DNA from: Coriobacteriia bacterium
Lineage (GTDB): Bacteria; Actinomycetota; Coriobacteriia; Anaerosomatales; JAGXFU01
NCBI GenBank assembly: GCA_041739935.1
Contig: JBGSMX010000144.1
Coordinates: 1-43,134, forward strand
DNA length: 43,134 nucleotides
Direction of reading: 5' to 3'
Shown one piece after another: positions 26,916 to 36,934 of this stretch. How positions within the stretch are numbered: the stretch's first letter is position 1; every line of letters starts with the position of its first letter. The translations under genes and the position numbers were made by a program. Under the pieces are notes generated by a model. It was not told the DNA's origin and ran no database searches. It saw only the letters and a program-made list of their open reading frames with translations.

Positions 26916-29633
26916 CTACCTGTTGTCGGATACCTCCGCTGATGCGGTCAGCGCGGCCTGAGCCGCCGCCAATCTCGCGAGGGGAATCCGGTAGGGCGAA
27001 CACGACACGTAGTTCAAACCGATCGAGTGGAAGATCTTCACCGAATCGGGATCTCCTCCGTGCTCCCCGCATACACCCAGCTTGATGCCCGGATTCGCTG
27101 CACGACCACCGGCGCAGCCCAGTTCCACGAACTTCGCAACACCCTCATCGATGGTCTCAAACGGGTTTCTGGGCATGACTTTGCGCTCCAGATACCTCGG
27201 CAGGAACTTCGACTCGATATCGTCGCGCGAGAAGCCGAACGCGGTCTGGGTGAGATCGTTCGTGCCAAAGGAGAAGAAGTCCGCGACCGAACCGATTTCC
27301 TCGGACATGATCGCGGCGCGAGGCAGCTCGATCATCGTGCCCACAGGAATATCGATCTCGACGCCGCATTCAGCCTTGACCCGGGCCATGACTTCGAGTG
27401 TCTCGGAGCGCAGTATCTCGAGTTCGGCCTTGAGCGACACGAGCGGGATCATGATCTCGGGCCGCGGGTCTTTGCCTGCCTTCTTCAGATCGCACGCGGC
27501 CTTCGTGATCGCCTGGACCTGCATGGCGTACAGCTCGGGAAACATGATGCCCAGCCGGCACCCGCGGAGGCCAAGCATGGGGTTCATCTCCGCCATCGAA
27601 TCGATGAGCGCGAGCAACTTGCGCTTGCCCGCAAGTGCGGTCGGGTCCACGCCGGCGCACTCGTCCTTCACGATCTGGACCTCGAGTTCGCGCGGCGAGT
27701 CGAGGAACTCGTGCAACGGTGGGTCCAGAAGGCGCACCGTCACGGGCAGACCGTCCATCGCCTCGAAGATGCCCAGATAGTCCCCCACCTGCGCCTCAAG
27801 AAGCTGCCCCAGCGCCGCACTGCGGCCGGCATCGCTTTCGGCGAGGATGAAGTCCTGGATGATGTCTTTGCGCTCACCCAGGAACATGTGCTCGGTACGG
27901 CACAGGCCTATGCCCGCGGCACCGAACTTACGGCCCAGCGCAGCATCGTCGGGTGTGTCCGCATTCGCGCGCACGCCCATGGTGCGGAATTCATCGGCCC
28001 ACGACAGAATCGTGTCGAAATCGCCGGAGACTTCCGGCTCGACGAGAGCGACCGAACCCAGCACGACAACGCCGGTGGTCCCGTCGATCGAGATGACATC
28101 GCCTTCGCCGAGCACGATGTCGGTACCGTCAATCTTGGCCACCTTGTTCGTCGCGTCGATCTTGAGCTTCTCGGCACCGCACACGCAGGGCTTGCCCATG
28201 CCGCGCGCGACCACCGCAGCGTGACTCGTCTTGCCACCGTGCGAGGTCAGGATGCCCTGCGCCGCGATCATGCCGTGCAGGTCGTCGGGAGTCGTCTCCC
28301 AGCGCACGAGGATGACCTTGCGCCCTTCAGCGGCCGCCGCCTCGGCGCTATCTGCCGAGAAGACGACCTCGCCCACTGCGGCACCCGGAGACGCATTGAG
28401 TCCCTTGGCGACCACCTCGTACCCGGCGGAATCGCCGAACTGCGGGTGCAGGAGTTGATCGAGTTGGTGCGGGTCGATGCGGGTGACGGCCTCTTCGCGC
28501 GAGATCATGCCCGACTCGACCATGTCGACCGCGATCTTGAGCGCGGCGCGCGCGGTGCGCTTGCCAACGCGGGTCTGGAGCATCCACAGCTTGCCCTGCT
28601 CGATCGTGAACTCGATGTCGCACATGTCGCGATACGCGGTCTCGAGCGTCTGGAACACCGTCCACAGTTCGGCGGCAGCTTCCGGCAGGACGTTGCGCAG
28701 ATCGGCAAGAGGCTCGGTCACGCGGATGCCGGCGACAACGTCTTCGCCCTGAGCATTGGTGAGGAAGTCCCCGTAGATCTCGTTGGTGCCGTCGGCGGGG
28801 TTGCGCGTGAACGCGACGCCGGTGGCGGAGCTATCGCCCTTATTGCCGAAGACCATGGACTGAACGTTTACCGCAGTTCCCAGATCGTCAGCGATCTTCT
28901 CCATCTTGCGGTAGTCCCGGGCGCGCCGGTTGTTCCAGCTCTTGAACACCGCCTCGATCGACAGGTGGAGCTGGAGTTCGACGTCTTGCGGAAACGCAAT
29001 CGCGCCGTCGGTCACGAGCTGGGGGAACTCCGCCGCATTCGTGTGCTCGACCACGAGCGTCTTGAATATGTCGACCAGTTCACGCAGGTCATCGGCGCTC
29101 AGATCGGTATCTGTTGCGGCTCCGCGATCCATCTTCATCTTGTTGATCGCGTTCTCGAAGGCATCGCCCTCGATATCGAGCACTACCTTGCTGAACATCT
29201 GGATGAACCGGCGATAACTGTCCCACGCAAACCGCTCGTTGCCGGTCTGCGCGATGACTCCCTGAACCGATGCGTCGTTGAGACCCAGGTTGAGAATCGT
29301 GTCCATCATCCCGGGCATCGAGAACGCCGAGCCGGAGCGAACGGAGACGAGCAGGGGATCGGCGGTGTCGCCGAGCTTCTTGCCCATCTTGCCTTCCAGC
29401 TCATCGATGTAGCTGGCGATCTCCTCGGCAAGTCCGTCGGGGAAAGCCGGCGGCTCTGAATGGTAGTACTCCATGCATGCCTGGCAGGTGATCGTAAAAC
29501 CGGGAGGGACCGGAAGTCCCATGTTGGCCATCTCTGCGAGATTCGCGCCTTTGCCGCCCAGGATGAACTTCATCCCCTTGTTGCCTTCGGTGCGACCCCC
29601 ACCAAATGCGTACACGCGCTTCACGTTGGACAA
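26916..29633 (-). CDS. ppdK: Pyruvate, phosphate dikinase
   Basis: LGGKGANLAEM, VPPGFTI, VSVRSG..SMPGMMDT, QGEDVVAG, GGKTSHAAVVAR (regulatory Thr, catalytic His), GTMIELPRA, SFGTNDL, GVCGEHGG. TTG 29633 or GTG 29624 start. Confidence 0.97.
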   Translation of the reverse strand: MSNVKRVYAFGGGRTEGNKGMKFILGGKGANLAEMANMGLPVPPGFTITCQACMEYYHSEPPAFPDGLAEEIASYIDELEGKMGKKLGDTADPLLVSVRSGSAFSMPGMMDTILNLGLNDASVQGVIAQTGNERFAWDSYRRFIQMFSKVVLDIEGDAFENAINKMKMDRGAATDTDLSADDLRELVDIFKTLVVEHTNAAEFPQLVTDGAIAFPQDVELQLHLSIEAVFKSWNNRRARDYRKMEKIADDLGTAVNVQSMVFGNKGDSSATGVAFTRNPADGTNEIYGDFLTNAQGEDVVAGIRVTEPLADLRNVLPEAAAELWTVFQTLETAYRDMCDIEFTIEQGKLWMLQTRVGKRTARAALKIAVDMVESGMISREEAVTRIDPHQLDQLLHPQFGDSAGYEVVAKGLNASPGAAVGEVVFSADSAEAAAAEGRKVILVRWETTPDDLHGMIAAQGILTSHGGKTSHAAVVARGMGKPCVCGAEKLKIDATNKVAKIDGTDIVLGEGDVISIDGTTGVVVLGSVALVEPEVSGDFDTILSWADEFRTMGVRANADTPDDAALGRKFGAAGIGLCRTEHMFLGERKDIIQDFILAESDAGRSAALGQLLEAQVGDYLGIFEAMDGLPVTVRLLDPPLHEFLDSPRELEVQIVKDECAGVDPTALAGKRKLLALIDSMAEMNPMLGLRGCRLGIMFPELYAMQVQAITKAACDLKKAGKDPRPEIMIPLVSLKAELEILRSETLEVMARVKAECGVEIDIPVGTMIELPRAAIMSEEIGSVADFFSFGTNDLTQTAFGFSRDDIESKFLPRYLERKVMPRNPFETIDEGVAKFVELGCAGGRAANPGIKLGVCGEHGGDPDSVKIFHSIGLNYVSCSPYRIPLARLAAAQAALTASAEVSDNR

Positions 29634-29715
29634 CTCCGTCTCCCTCTCTGTTTCGGGGCTGTAAACGTAGCTGCATGATACCGCACCGCCTCGCGCGCGC
29701 ACGCACGAGATCGGC

Positions 29716-30534
29716 TCAGTCCTTGATGTTGTGCCCGCCTTGCAGGTGACGCACGATCTCCTGCGCCGCTTCTTCCACCGCGCGGTTCTCCGTGCGCACG
29801 ACCAGACACCCTACCTTTCGCATGAGAGCCCGCGCTTCCTCCAGCTCGGCCTCGATGGCCTCGCGCTCGGCGTAGCCCGGCACGTAGGTGCCCAGCTCCT
29901 TCATGCGCTCGTTACGAATGGACATGAGCACATCAGCGCTGGTCACGAGGCCGAAAACGCGTCTGGGGTCGACCTCGAAGATTTGATGCGGCGGCTCTAT
30001 ACCGCGTGCGAGCGGGACGTTGGCCACGCTCCAGCCCTTGAACGCGAGGTACATCGCGAGAGGCGTCTTGCTCGTGCGGGAGACGCCGAGCAAGACGATG
30101 TCGGCGTCGAGCAGGCCTTCCGGGTTGCGGCCGTCATCGTGCTTTACGGCGAACTCCATGGCCTCGATGCGGTCGAAGTAGCCCTGGTCGGTGCGCCTGA
30201 CTGCTCCGGCCTCACCGGTTGACTGCAGACCCGTGATGCTTGAGAGCACGCCTACAGCGGGGCCCAGCAGATCGACCCCGTTGACCCCTTGCTCGCACAA
30301 GGCCTCCATCTCGAGCTTCAGCGAGGTGTCGACGAGCGTGTAGAAGAAGATGCAGTGGTGTCCGCAGTGCGAGCGCACGGCTTCGCGCAGCGACTCCGGC
30401 GTCGTGACCTTTGCAAGCCGTTCGATCCTGAACGAGTCCGGAGCGAACTGCGCCTCTGCCGCCCGCGCCACCATCTCGCCGGTCTCGCCGAGCGAGTCCG
30501 AGATGACGTGAATCGAGATCGGCGTCGTTGGCAC
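29716..30534 (-). CDS. ppsR: PPDK/PEP-synthase regulatory kinase/pyrophosphorylase (DUF299)
   Basis: ISDSLGETG, YFDRIEAMEFAVKHDDG, GVSRTSKTPL, ANVPL, AVEEAA; adjacent to ppdK. Confidence 0.95.
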   Translation of the reverse strand: MPTTPISIHVISDSLGETGEMVARAAEAQFAPDSFRIERLAKVTTPESLREAVRSHCGHHCIFFYTLVDTSLKLEMEALCEQGVNGVDLLGPAVGVLSSITGLQSTGEAGAVRRTDQGYFDRIEAMEFAVKHDDGRNPEGLLDADIVLLGVSRTSKTPLAMYLAFKGWSVANVPLARGIEPPHQIFEVDPRRVFGLVTSADVLMSIRNERMKELGTYVPGYAEREAIEAELEEARALMRKVGCLVVRTENRAVEEAAQEIVRHLQGGHNIKD

Positions 30535-30536
30535 CG

Positions 30537-32612
30537 CTACTCCGAAAGTCTCGAGAAGTCCGCAAACCGGGAGAACAGCCCGACGAAGCGGTTAAGCAGC
30601 TTGAGCCGGTTCTCGCGCATGTCGGTCTCCTCGGCCATGACGAGCACGTTGTCGAAAAACGCGTCGATGGGTCCGCGAAGCTGCGTGAGACCGACCAAGA
30701 CGGCCGGGTAGTCCCGCACGGCGAACGAGGACTCCGCGGCTTGCTCCGCAGCCACCAGCGCGTCTGCGAGCTCGGCCTCCTCGGCACCCATCAGATCCGC
30801 GTTGGCCTGCGTCCCGAGTTCGGGGCGGCTCAGGTTCTTGGCACGCGTGAACGCAACCGACAGGTCCTGCATGTCGTCAGAGGCAGCACGCAGTTCGGTA
30901 AGTGCCTCGCACCGACGCAGCGCATCGGCCGGATCGTCAGCAGCGACCGCCAGTACGGCGTCAATGGTGTCGTATGCGTGACCCGCGTCCTTGAGCAACC
31001 CTTCGAGCCTGCCCACAAAAAACGCCTTCACGGCCGCTCCGACCTCATCCACATCGAAGCCGTGTGAGTCGCGATACCCCTCGAGAGCAGCTGCGATAAG
31101 TTCGTCGAGGGTAACGTCGAGGCCGGCGATCATGATGTTGAGGATGCCGAGCGCTCCTCGGCGAAGCGCGTACGGGTCGGCCGAACCGGTCGGAGGCATG
31201 CCCACGCCGAAGAGCCCGACGATCGTGTCGAGCTTATCGGCTGCCGAGACGAGCTTGCCGGGAAGCGAGGGCGGAGGAGCATCGCCGGCGAATCGGGGCT
31301 GATAGTGCTCGAGGATTGCGTCAGCGACCGCCTGGCTCTCGCCCGCTGCCAGGGCGTAGTAGCGACCCATAACACCCTGAAGCGCAGGGAACTCGACCAC
31401 CACGTGGCTCACGAGATCAGCCTTGGCCAGATGTGCGGCCCGCAGTGCCTCGGCCGTCTGACCCGCATCGGCATCGTGAAGCACGGCTATCTTGTGAGTG
31501 AGCGCTTCGTTGCGGGCGACTTTCGCGCCCGAAGTTCCCAGCTTCTCCTGAAAGGTGATCGAGTCCAGGCTCGACACCCACTGCTCCATGTTGACCGCGA
31601 GATCCTCGCGGTAGAAGAAGCTCGCATCGGCAAGCCGGGCGCGGATGACACGTTCGTGGCCGGCGACGATCGCGTCAGTGCGCGCCGGATCCCCGTTGTG
31701 GACGACGACGAAAAGGTTCGTGAGAGCACCGTCCGCACCTTCGACCGGGAAATAGCGCTGGTGCTTGGTCATAGCCGTCTCGATGACCTCACGAGGGACG
31801 TCGAGGAACTCGGGATCGAAGTGACCGACACCGATCGTAGGCCATTCGACGAGATTGACCACCTCGGCAAAGGTCTTGCCGGGAACGACCACGTGCACGC
31901 CACGGGTTGCCTCGACAGCCTCGAGTCCCTCGCGAACGATCCGGGCGCGCTGCTCCTGGTCGTAGACGAACAACCCACGCCGCGCGCTCGAGTCGTAGTC
32001 CGAGGCACTCGCGACGGGAATCGTGCGATCTGTGGCGAGGAAGCGGTGCCCTTGCGTGGTGCGTCCGGCGGTAAGCCCGGCGAACTCGACTGCAACGACG
32101 TCGTCGCCATACAGTGCAAGCAGCCAGCGCACCGGTCGGATGAAGCGCGCACTGCCCGAACCCCAGCGCTGCGACTTGGGCCATGCCAGGCCCGATATGA
32201 GCCCTGCGAGCAGGTCAGGCAGCACTTCAGCGGTAGACTGGCCGATCTGCTCGATGACTGCGTACACGTAGTCGCCGCCGGCATCATCGCTTTCCCGGAC
32301 GAGCGAGGCCACATCCACGCCTTTACCGCGCGCGAATCCCTCGGCAGCCTTCGTGGGAACACCATCTGCGTCGTAGGCGGCCTTGACCGCAGGACCCTTG
32401 ATCCGCAGCGTCTGATCGTTCTGGCGCTCCGAAAGCCCGCCGACTCGCAGCACCAGCCTTCGCGGTGCGCCGAAGGTCTCGAGCGTCTCGTATCCCAGAC
32501 GGGCCTCACCCAGCGCCTTCTCGGCAGATACCTTGAGCGCGGTGATCGCCTCGTAGAGCGGTGCACTCGGAATCTCCTCGACCCCGATCTCGAACAGCAG
32601 ATCGCGGCTCAC
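30537..32612 (-). CDS. glyS: Glycine-tRNA ligase beta subunit
   Basis: [41 protein letters not shown]...[32 protein letters not shown]. Confidence 0.97.
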   Translation of the reverse strand: MSRDLLFEIGVEEIPSAPLYEAITALKVSAEKALGEARLGYETLETFGAPRRLVLRVGGLSERQNDQTLRIKGPAVKAAYDADGVPTKAAEGFARGKGVDVASLVRESDDAGGDYVYAVIEQIGQSTAEVLPDLLAGLISGLAWPKSQRWGSGSARFIRPVRWLLALYGDDVVAVEFAGLTAGRTTQGHRFLATDRTIPVASASDYDSSARRGLFVYDQEQRARIVREGLEAVEATRGVHVVVPGKTFAEVVNLVEWPTIGVGHFDPEFLDVPREVIETAMTKHQRYFPVEGADGALTNLFVVVHNGDPARTDAIVAGHERVIRARLADASFFYREDLAVNMEQWVSSLDSITFQEKLGTSGAKVARNEALTHKIAVLHDADAGQTAEALRAAHLAKADLVSHVVVEFPALQGVMGRYYALAAGESQAVADAILEHYQPRFAGDAPPPSLPGKLVSAADKLDTIVGLFGVGMPPTGSADPYALRRGALGILNIMIAGLDVTLDELIAAALEGYRDSHGFDVDEVGAAVKAFFVGRLEGLLKDAGHAYDTIDAVLAVAADDPADALRRCEALTELRAASDDMQDLSVAFTRAKNLSRPELGTQANADLMGAEEAELADALVAAEQAAESSFAVRDYPAVLVGLTQLRGPIDAFFDNVLVMAEETDMRENRLKLLNRFVGLFSRFADFSRLSE

Positions 32613-33535
32613 AGCGCATCACCGCCTTCCGCAACAGCCACGGGTTCTGCCGAGGACTCCCCGGCGACTCCGCTTTCGGCGGCCACGTATGCCTCACAGC
32701 ACGCTTTCGCGATTCCGCGAACCCGCAGGATGAAGTTCACGCGCTCGGTCACGGCGATCGCGCCGCGCGCGTCGAGCAGGTTGAACGCATGCGAGCACTT
32801 GAGCACGTAATCGTAGGCCGGCAGCACGACGCCGCCGGCGAGCAGACGCACGCATTCGGCCTCGTAGGTGTCGAACAGGCGGTACAGCATCTCCGTGTCG
32901 GCGAGCTCGAAGTTGTGCTTCGAGTACTGCCTCTCGTTCTCAAGGAAGACATCACCGTAGGTGAACTGCATGCCGTCGGGGCCGATCGACCAGATCAGGT
33001 CGTAGACGCTGTCCACTCCCTGGATGTACATGGCGAGTCGCTCCAGGCCGTACGTGATCTCAGCCGGCACCGGGCGGCAATCGAAACCACCGACCTGCTG
33101 GAAGTAGGTGAACTGGGTGACCTCCATGCCGTTGAGCCAGACTTCCCAGCCCAGCCCCCACGCCCCAAGCGTTGGCGACTCCCAGTCATCCTCGACCAGC
33201 CTCACGTCGTGCTCGGCGGGCTCGATCCCGATCACGCGCAGCGAATCGAAGTACAGGTCGAGGACGTCGTCGGGACTAGGCTGCAAGATCACCTGGTACT
33301 GGTAGTAATGCTGCAGGCGATTGGGATTCTCGCCGTAGCGCCCGTCAGTCGGGCGGCGCGAGGGCTGCACGTAGGCGGTACGCCAGGGCTTTGGGCTGAG
33401 CGTTCGCAGTGTCGTCGCGGGGTGAAACGTCCCGGCGCCGACCTCGGTATCGTAGGGTTGCAGCACCACGCAGCCCTGGTCGGCCCAGTACCGTGAGAGC
33501 GACAAGATGATGTCTTGGAAGGTCTGGCCTTGCAT
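32609..33535 (-). CDS. glyQ: Glycine-tRNA ligase alpha subunit
   Basis: [72 protein letters not shown]. Confidence 0.98.
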   Translation of the reverse strand: MQGQTFQDIILSLSRYWADQGCVVLQPYDTEVGAGTFHPATTLRTLSPKPWRTAYVQPSRRPTDGRYGENPNRLQHYYQYQVILQPSPDDVLDLYFDSLRVIGIEPAEHDVRLVEDDWESPTLGAWGLGWEVWLNGMEVTQFTYFQQVGGFDCRPVPAEITYGLERLAMYIQGVDSVYDLIWSIGPDGMQFTYGDVFLENERQYSKHNFELADTEMLYRLFDTYEAECVRLLAGGVVLPAYDYVLKCSHAFNLLDARGAIAVTERVNFILRVRGIAKACCEAYVAAESGVAGESSAEPVAVAEGGDAL

Positions 33536-33652
33536 GGGTCTGTCTCGCCCCTTCCGTCTCGGGCGGCCTCACGGCGGCCCGCACGCGGTTCGAAAAATCG
33601 TCCCGTAATCTTACACGATGCGGACACGCGCTCGGCGTCGCACTACCCTGCG

Positions 33653-34147
33653 CTAACGACGTCTGCGCGGTCCCTTTCGTACGCGATCGCGCAGCATCTC
33701 TTCAAACGCCTCGGCATTCTCCGCAGCAACGTCGGTCTCGGGCACCAGCAGATACGACGCGCCCGCCACGTACAGGAGGTAGTGGCCGGCCGCGTAGCGC
33801 CATCGCGACACACGGCTCCACTCGATGGATCCGGCACCCGATGATCCGGCGTACACGATGCCGTCGGCCCCGAATTCGTAGGCCACCGGCTCGTAGAGTT
33901 CGATCCGAGACGGTGAGGACACGTTCCACACGATATAGCCCCACACGGTCAGAATCACCGCGACGAGCGAACCAAGGAACATGAATGCCTGAGTGTTGAA
34001 TCCCGCGCCCAGAGACGCGAATCCGAAGAACGACATCAGAGCGACGACGAACCGCAATCTGAGCGCCGAGAGGTGCAACAGGACCGCCCGGTACCCCTCG
34101 GGCGTCAGAGCCGAGGTCACGCGGATCGAAGGCGTGGAGTCGCTCAT
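33653..34147 (-). CDS. YcxB-like membrane protein
   Basis: Two TMs, then YEFGADGI...IEWSRV..W.....YLLY...YLLVP. ATGA overlap with the recO stop. Confidence 0.7.
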   Translation of the reverse strand: MSDSTPSIRVTSALTPEGYRAVLLHLSALRLRFVVALMSFFGFASLGAGFNTQAFMFLGSLVAVILTVWGYIVWNVSSPSRIELYEPVAYEFGADGIVYAGSSGAGSIEWSRVSRWRYAAGHYLLYVAGASYLLVPETDVAAENAEAFEEMLRDRVRKGPRRRR

Positions 34148-34893
34148 TGAACCGCACCGGCGAAAAAGTCGAGCGCCTTGAGCCGCGCGGGCACGTGATA
34201 GCCAACGAATGCCCGAATGAGCGCGAAGCACTCCGCCACGATCTGCGGGTCGTCGTCCGCCTCGGCGATCTGCGACATAGTCATGCCCAGGTAACGCACG
34301 AGCAGCGCGCGTCCGTCCTCGCCAAACACCAGCGAGGCGCCATCAAGCTCGCCGCAATCGGGGCACAGAACGCCACCCGCCTCGAGCGAGAACCGACGTC
34401 CCCCCTCGCACTGGGAGGCGCACGCCGCGCACGAGTCGAGCTCCGGGCGCAGTCCGTGCATCGCCATCGCCTTGACCAGGAACCCTGTGACCAGCCCGAG
34501 CAGTCTGTCGGGGGGCGCGGTGTCCATCGCGTCGAGGGTGGCACACGCGAGGCCGAAGAGGCGCTCCTCGGCCTGGCCCTGACACGATAGTTTGTCGAGC
34601 AGATCGGCCAGCACCGAGGCTGCAGCGGTGCGGTCGAAGTCCTCGCGCAGACCCGCATGCGTGGCGAATGAGTCGGCCTCGGTAACGACCTCGAGCGAGC
34701 GACCCGTGTGCACGAGCAGATCGACGACGCTGAAGGGTTCGAGGCGGCCTCCGAAACGCGACCCCGGTTTGCGCATTCCTTTGGCGACCGCCCGCAGCTG
34801 AGAGCCATCGCGGGCAAGAAGCGTCAGTATCACGTCCGTCTCGCCCAGCTTGGTCTTGCGCAGCACGAGTGCACGGACGCGATACGGGGGCAT
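34144..34893 (-). CDS. recO: DNA repair protein RecO
   Basis: ALVLRKTKLGETDVILTLL, AVAKGMRKPGSRFGGRLEPF, C-terminal CxxC...CxxC; follows era/deoC. Confidence 0.95.
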   Translation of the reverse strand: MPPYRVRALVLRKTKLGETDVILTLLARDGSQLRAVAKGMRKPGSRFGGRLEPFSVVDLLVHTGRSLEVVTEADSFATHAGLREDFDRTAAASVLADLLDKLSCQGQAEERLFGLACATLDAMDTAPPDRLLGLVTGFLVKAMAMHGLRPELDSCAACASQCEGGRRFSLEAGGVLCPDCGELDGASLVFGEDGRALLVRYLGMTMSQIAEADDDPQIVAECFALIRAFVGYHVPARLKALDFFAGAVQ

Positions 34894-34905
34894 CGAAGGC
34901 GAGCC

Positions 34906-35586
34906 CTAGCGCCGCTGCGCCAGTGCGTCGAGAATCTCCGCACCCGACGACGTACCGATGCGAGTGGCGCCCGCCGCAATCATGGCCAGGGCGGTCTCGA
35001 GATCGCGGATACTCCCGGCTGCCTTCACGCCCACGTCGGGGCCGACTGCCTCGCGCATGATCTCGACATCGCGAACCGAAGCGCCTCGCGGTCCGAAGCC
35101 GGTCGAGGTCTTGACGAAGTGCGCTCCGGCAGCCGCGCTCAGGTGGGCCGCGCGAGCGATTTGCTCATCGTCGAGATACCCGGTCTCGAGAATCACCTTG
35201 ACGATGGCCTCACCGTTCGAAGCATGCCGCACCGCCGCAACGACCGCCGCGACGTCATCAGTGACGAAGTCGTCTTCGCCCTCGAGCACTGCGGCGACGT
35301 TGACCACCATGTCGATCTCGACCGCGCCCAGACCCACGAGAAGTGCGGCCTCATCGGCCTTGGTCTCGGTGTTCGCGTATCCGAGCGGGAATGCGCACAC
35401 GGTGCACACTCTGGTGGTGGTGCCCGCCAGCCGCTGAGCCGTGAGCGGCACCAGAAACGGTGAGACACACAGCGTCGCGAATCCGTGCGAACGGTTGCGT
35501 TCTATCCACTCAGCCGCCGCCGAGAAACCCACCGTAGGCTTGAGCAGCGTCTGGTCTATCTTCGAGGCAAGTTCGGCGGCTTCCAC
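34906..35586 (-). CDS. deoC: Deoxyribose-phosphate aldolase
   Basis: IDQTLLKP, FPLG, EIDMVVN, KVILET, FVKTSTGF, VKAAGSIR, RIGTSSG. Confidence 0.96.
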   Translation of the reverse strand: MEAAELASKIDQTLLKPTVGFSAAAEWIERNRSHGFATLCVSPFLVPLTAQRLAGTTTRVCTVCAFPLGYANTETKADEAALLVGLGAVEIDMVVNVAAVLEGEDDFVTDDVAAVVAAVRHASNGEAIVKVILETGYLDDEQIARAAHLSAAAGAHFVKTSTGFGPRGASVRDVEIMREAVGPDVGVKAAGSIRDLETALAMIAAGATRIGTSSGAEILDALAQRR

Positions 35587-35591
35587 AGAAT

Positions 35592-36518
35592 CTACAACCC
35601 CTCTCCGTACCCGAAACGTCTGATCTGAGCAGAATCACGGCGCCAGTCGCGCTTCACCTTCACGACCAGATCCAGAAACACCTTCGTGCCCAGGAGTCGC
35701 TCCAGATCCACGCGAGCCTCGGTGCCGATCTGCTTGATCATGGCACCGCCCTTCCCCACGATTATGCCCTTCTGCGACTCGCGCTCCACGAAGATGGCCG
35801 CGTAGATGGTCGTCGTCTCATGCTTCTTGTTGTAGGTGAGGTCCTCGATCGCAACGCCCACGGCATGTGGAACCTCGTCGTGTGTGGCACGCAGGACCTT
35901 CTCCCGGATGAACTCCGCAATCATCACTTCGAGTGGCTGATCGGTGTCCATGTCCCGCGGGAAGTACCGGGGGCCTTGGGGGAGCAGCTCTGTCACCGTC
36001 TGAACGAAGCCCTCGACGTTGAAGTCCTGCAGCGCCGAGACGACCACGGTCGCATCGAAGGTTGCGAAGCGACCAACGCGCTCGATCTGCCGCTCGGCGG
36101 TCGATTGCTCGACCAGGTCCGCCTTCGTGATCACGAGCAGCTTTTTCGCCGAGGACTTTGCGACATGCTGCGCCACCCACTCGTCGCCGCGTCCAACAGG
36201 CTGCGATGCATCCACCACCAGGCAGGCGACGTCGACATCTGCCAGCGCCATGAGCGCGGAACGGTTGAGTTCCTCGCCCAGGGCATCGTGGGGCTTGTGC
36301 AGACCGGGGGTGTCCACGAGCACGATCTGCGAGTCTTCGCGGTCGATGACCGCGCGCAACCGATGGCGCGTGGTCTGCGCGGTATCCGATGTGATCGCTA
36401 CCTTGGTCCCTACGACTGCGTTGACCAGGGTCGACTTGCCGGTGTTCGGCCGGCCGACAAGGGCGGCGAACCCGCTTGCAACGAGCCCGGAACCGGCTGC
36501 AACGTCGTCTGCGGTCAC
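35592..36518 (-). CDS. era: GTPase Era
   Basis: GRPNTGKSTL, QTTR, DTPG, TKAD, IREK...EVPH, KH domain SQKGIIVGKGG. Confidence 0.97.
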   Translation of the reverse strand: MTADDVAAGSGLVASGFAALVGRPNTGKSTLVNAVVGTKVAITSDTAQTTRHRLRAVIDREDSQIVLVDTPGLHKPHDALGEELNRSALMALADVDVACLVVDASQPVGRGDEWVAQHVAKSSAKKLLVITKADLVEQSTAERQIERVGRFATFDATVVVSALQDFNVEGFVQTVTELLPQGPRYFPRDMDTDQPLEVMIAEFIREKVLRATHDEVPHAVGVAIEDLTYNKKHETTTIYAAIFVERESQKGIIVGKGGAMIKQIGTEARVDLERLLGTKVFLDLVVKVKRDWRRDSAQIRRFGYGEGL

Positions 36519-36934
36519 CCGTTATCGTCCTGATCCAGATACCCTCGCACGAACGCCTCGGGCAGCAGTTCGTCGAGCGTCATCACCATGACCTCGTCGG
36601 TGCGACCGCCCATGACTACGCGCATCGTCGGGTTGAACTCCGCCAGCACCTGTCGGCACGCGCCGCACGGGACCGTGGGAGCCTCACTGTCGCCCACAAC
36701 CGCGAGAGCGTCGATACTGCGGGCGCCGGCCGCTATGGCCGCCATGACCGCGCCCCGCTCCGCACACAAAGTCGAGCCGTACGCGGCGTTTTCGACGTTC
36801 ACGCCCTGATAGATGTCCCCCTCGGCATAGACCGCCGCACCCACCCGAAACTCCGAGTACGGTGCGTAGGCCTTGTCCTGGGCCTCGCGGGCAAACGCGA
36901 GAAGCGCCAGATCAGGCTGGGTGAGATTACGCAT
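36515..36934 (-). CDS. cdd: Cytidine deaminase (homotetrameric type)
   Basis: AYAPYSEFRVGAA, GVNVENAAY, CAER, PCGACRQ, ELLP. ATG at 36934 with a GGAGG RBS. Confidence 0.96.
   Translation of the reverse strand: MRNLTQPDLALLAFAREAQDKAYAPYSEFRVGAAVYAEGDIYQGVNVENAAYGSTLCAERGAVMAAIAAGARSIDALAVVGDSEAPTVPCGACRQVLAEFNPTMRVVMGGRTDEVMVMTLDELLPEAFVRGYLDQDDNG

Noticed and set aside
27027-29459. 810-aa plus-strand ORF antisense to ppdK
   Set aside because: Shadow ORF expected from GC-rich codon bias of a highly conserved gene; no recognisable motifs.
29655-29680. cre-like operator (TGTAAACG...) near a TATCAT box upstream of ppdK
   Set aside because: Only the left half fits the palindromic consensus, so support is insufficient.
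33536-33652. T-box riboswitch upstream of glyQ
   Set aside because: The gap is only about 117 bp, with no T-box consensus or stem I features.
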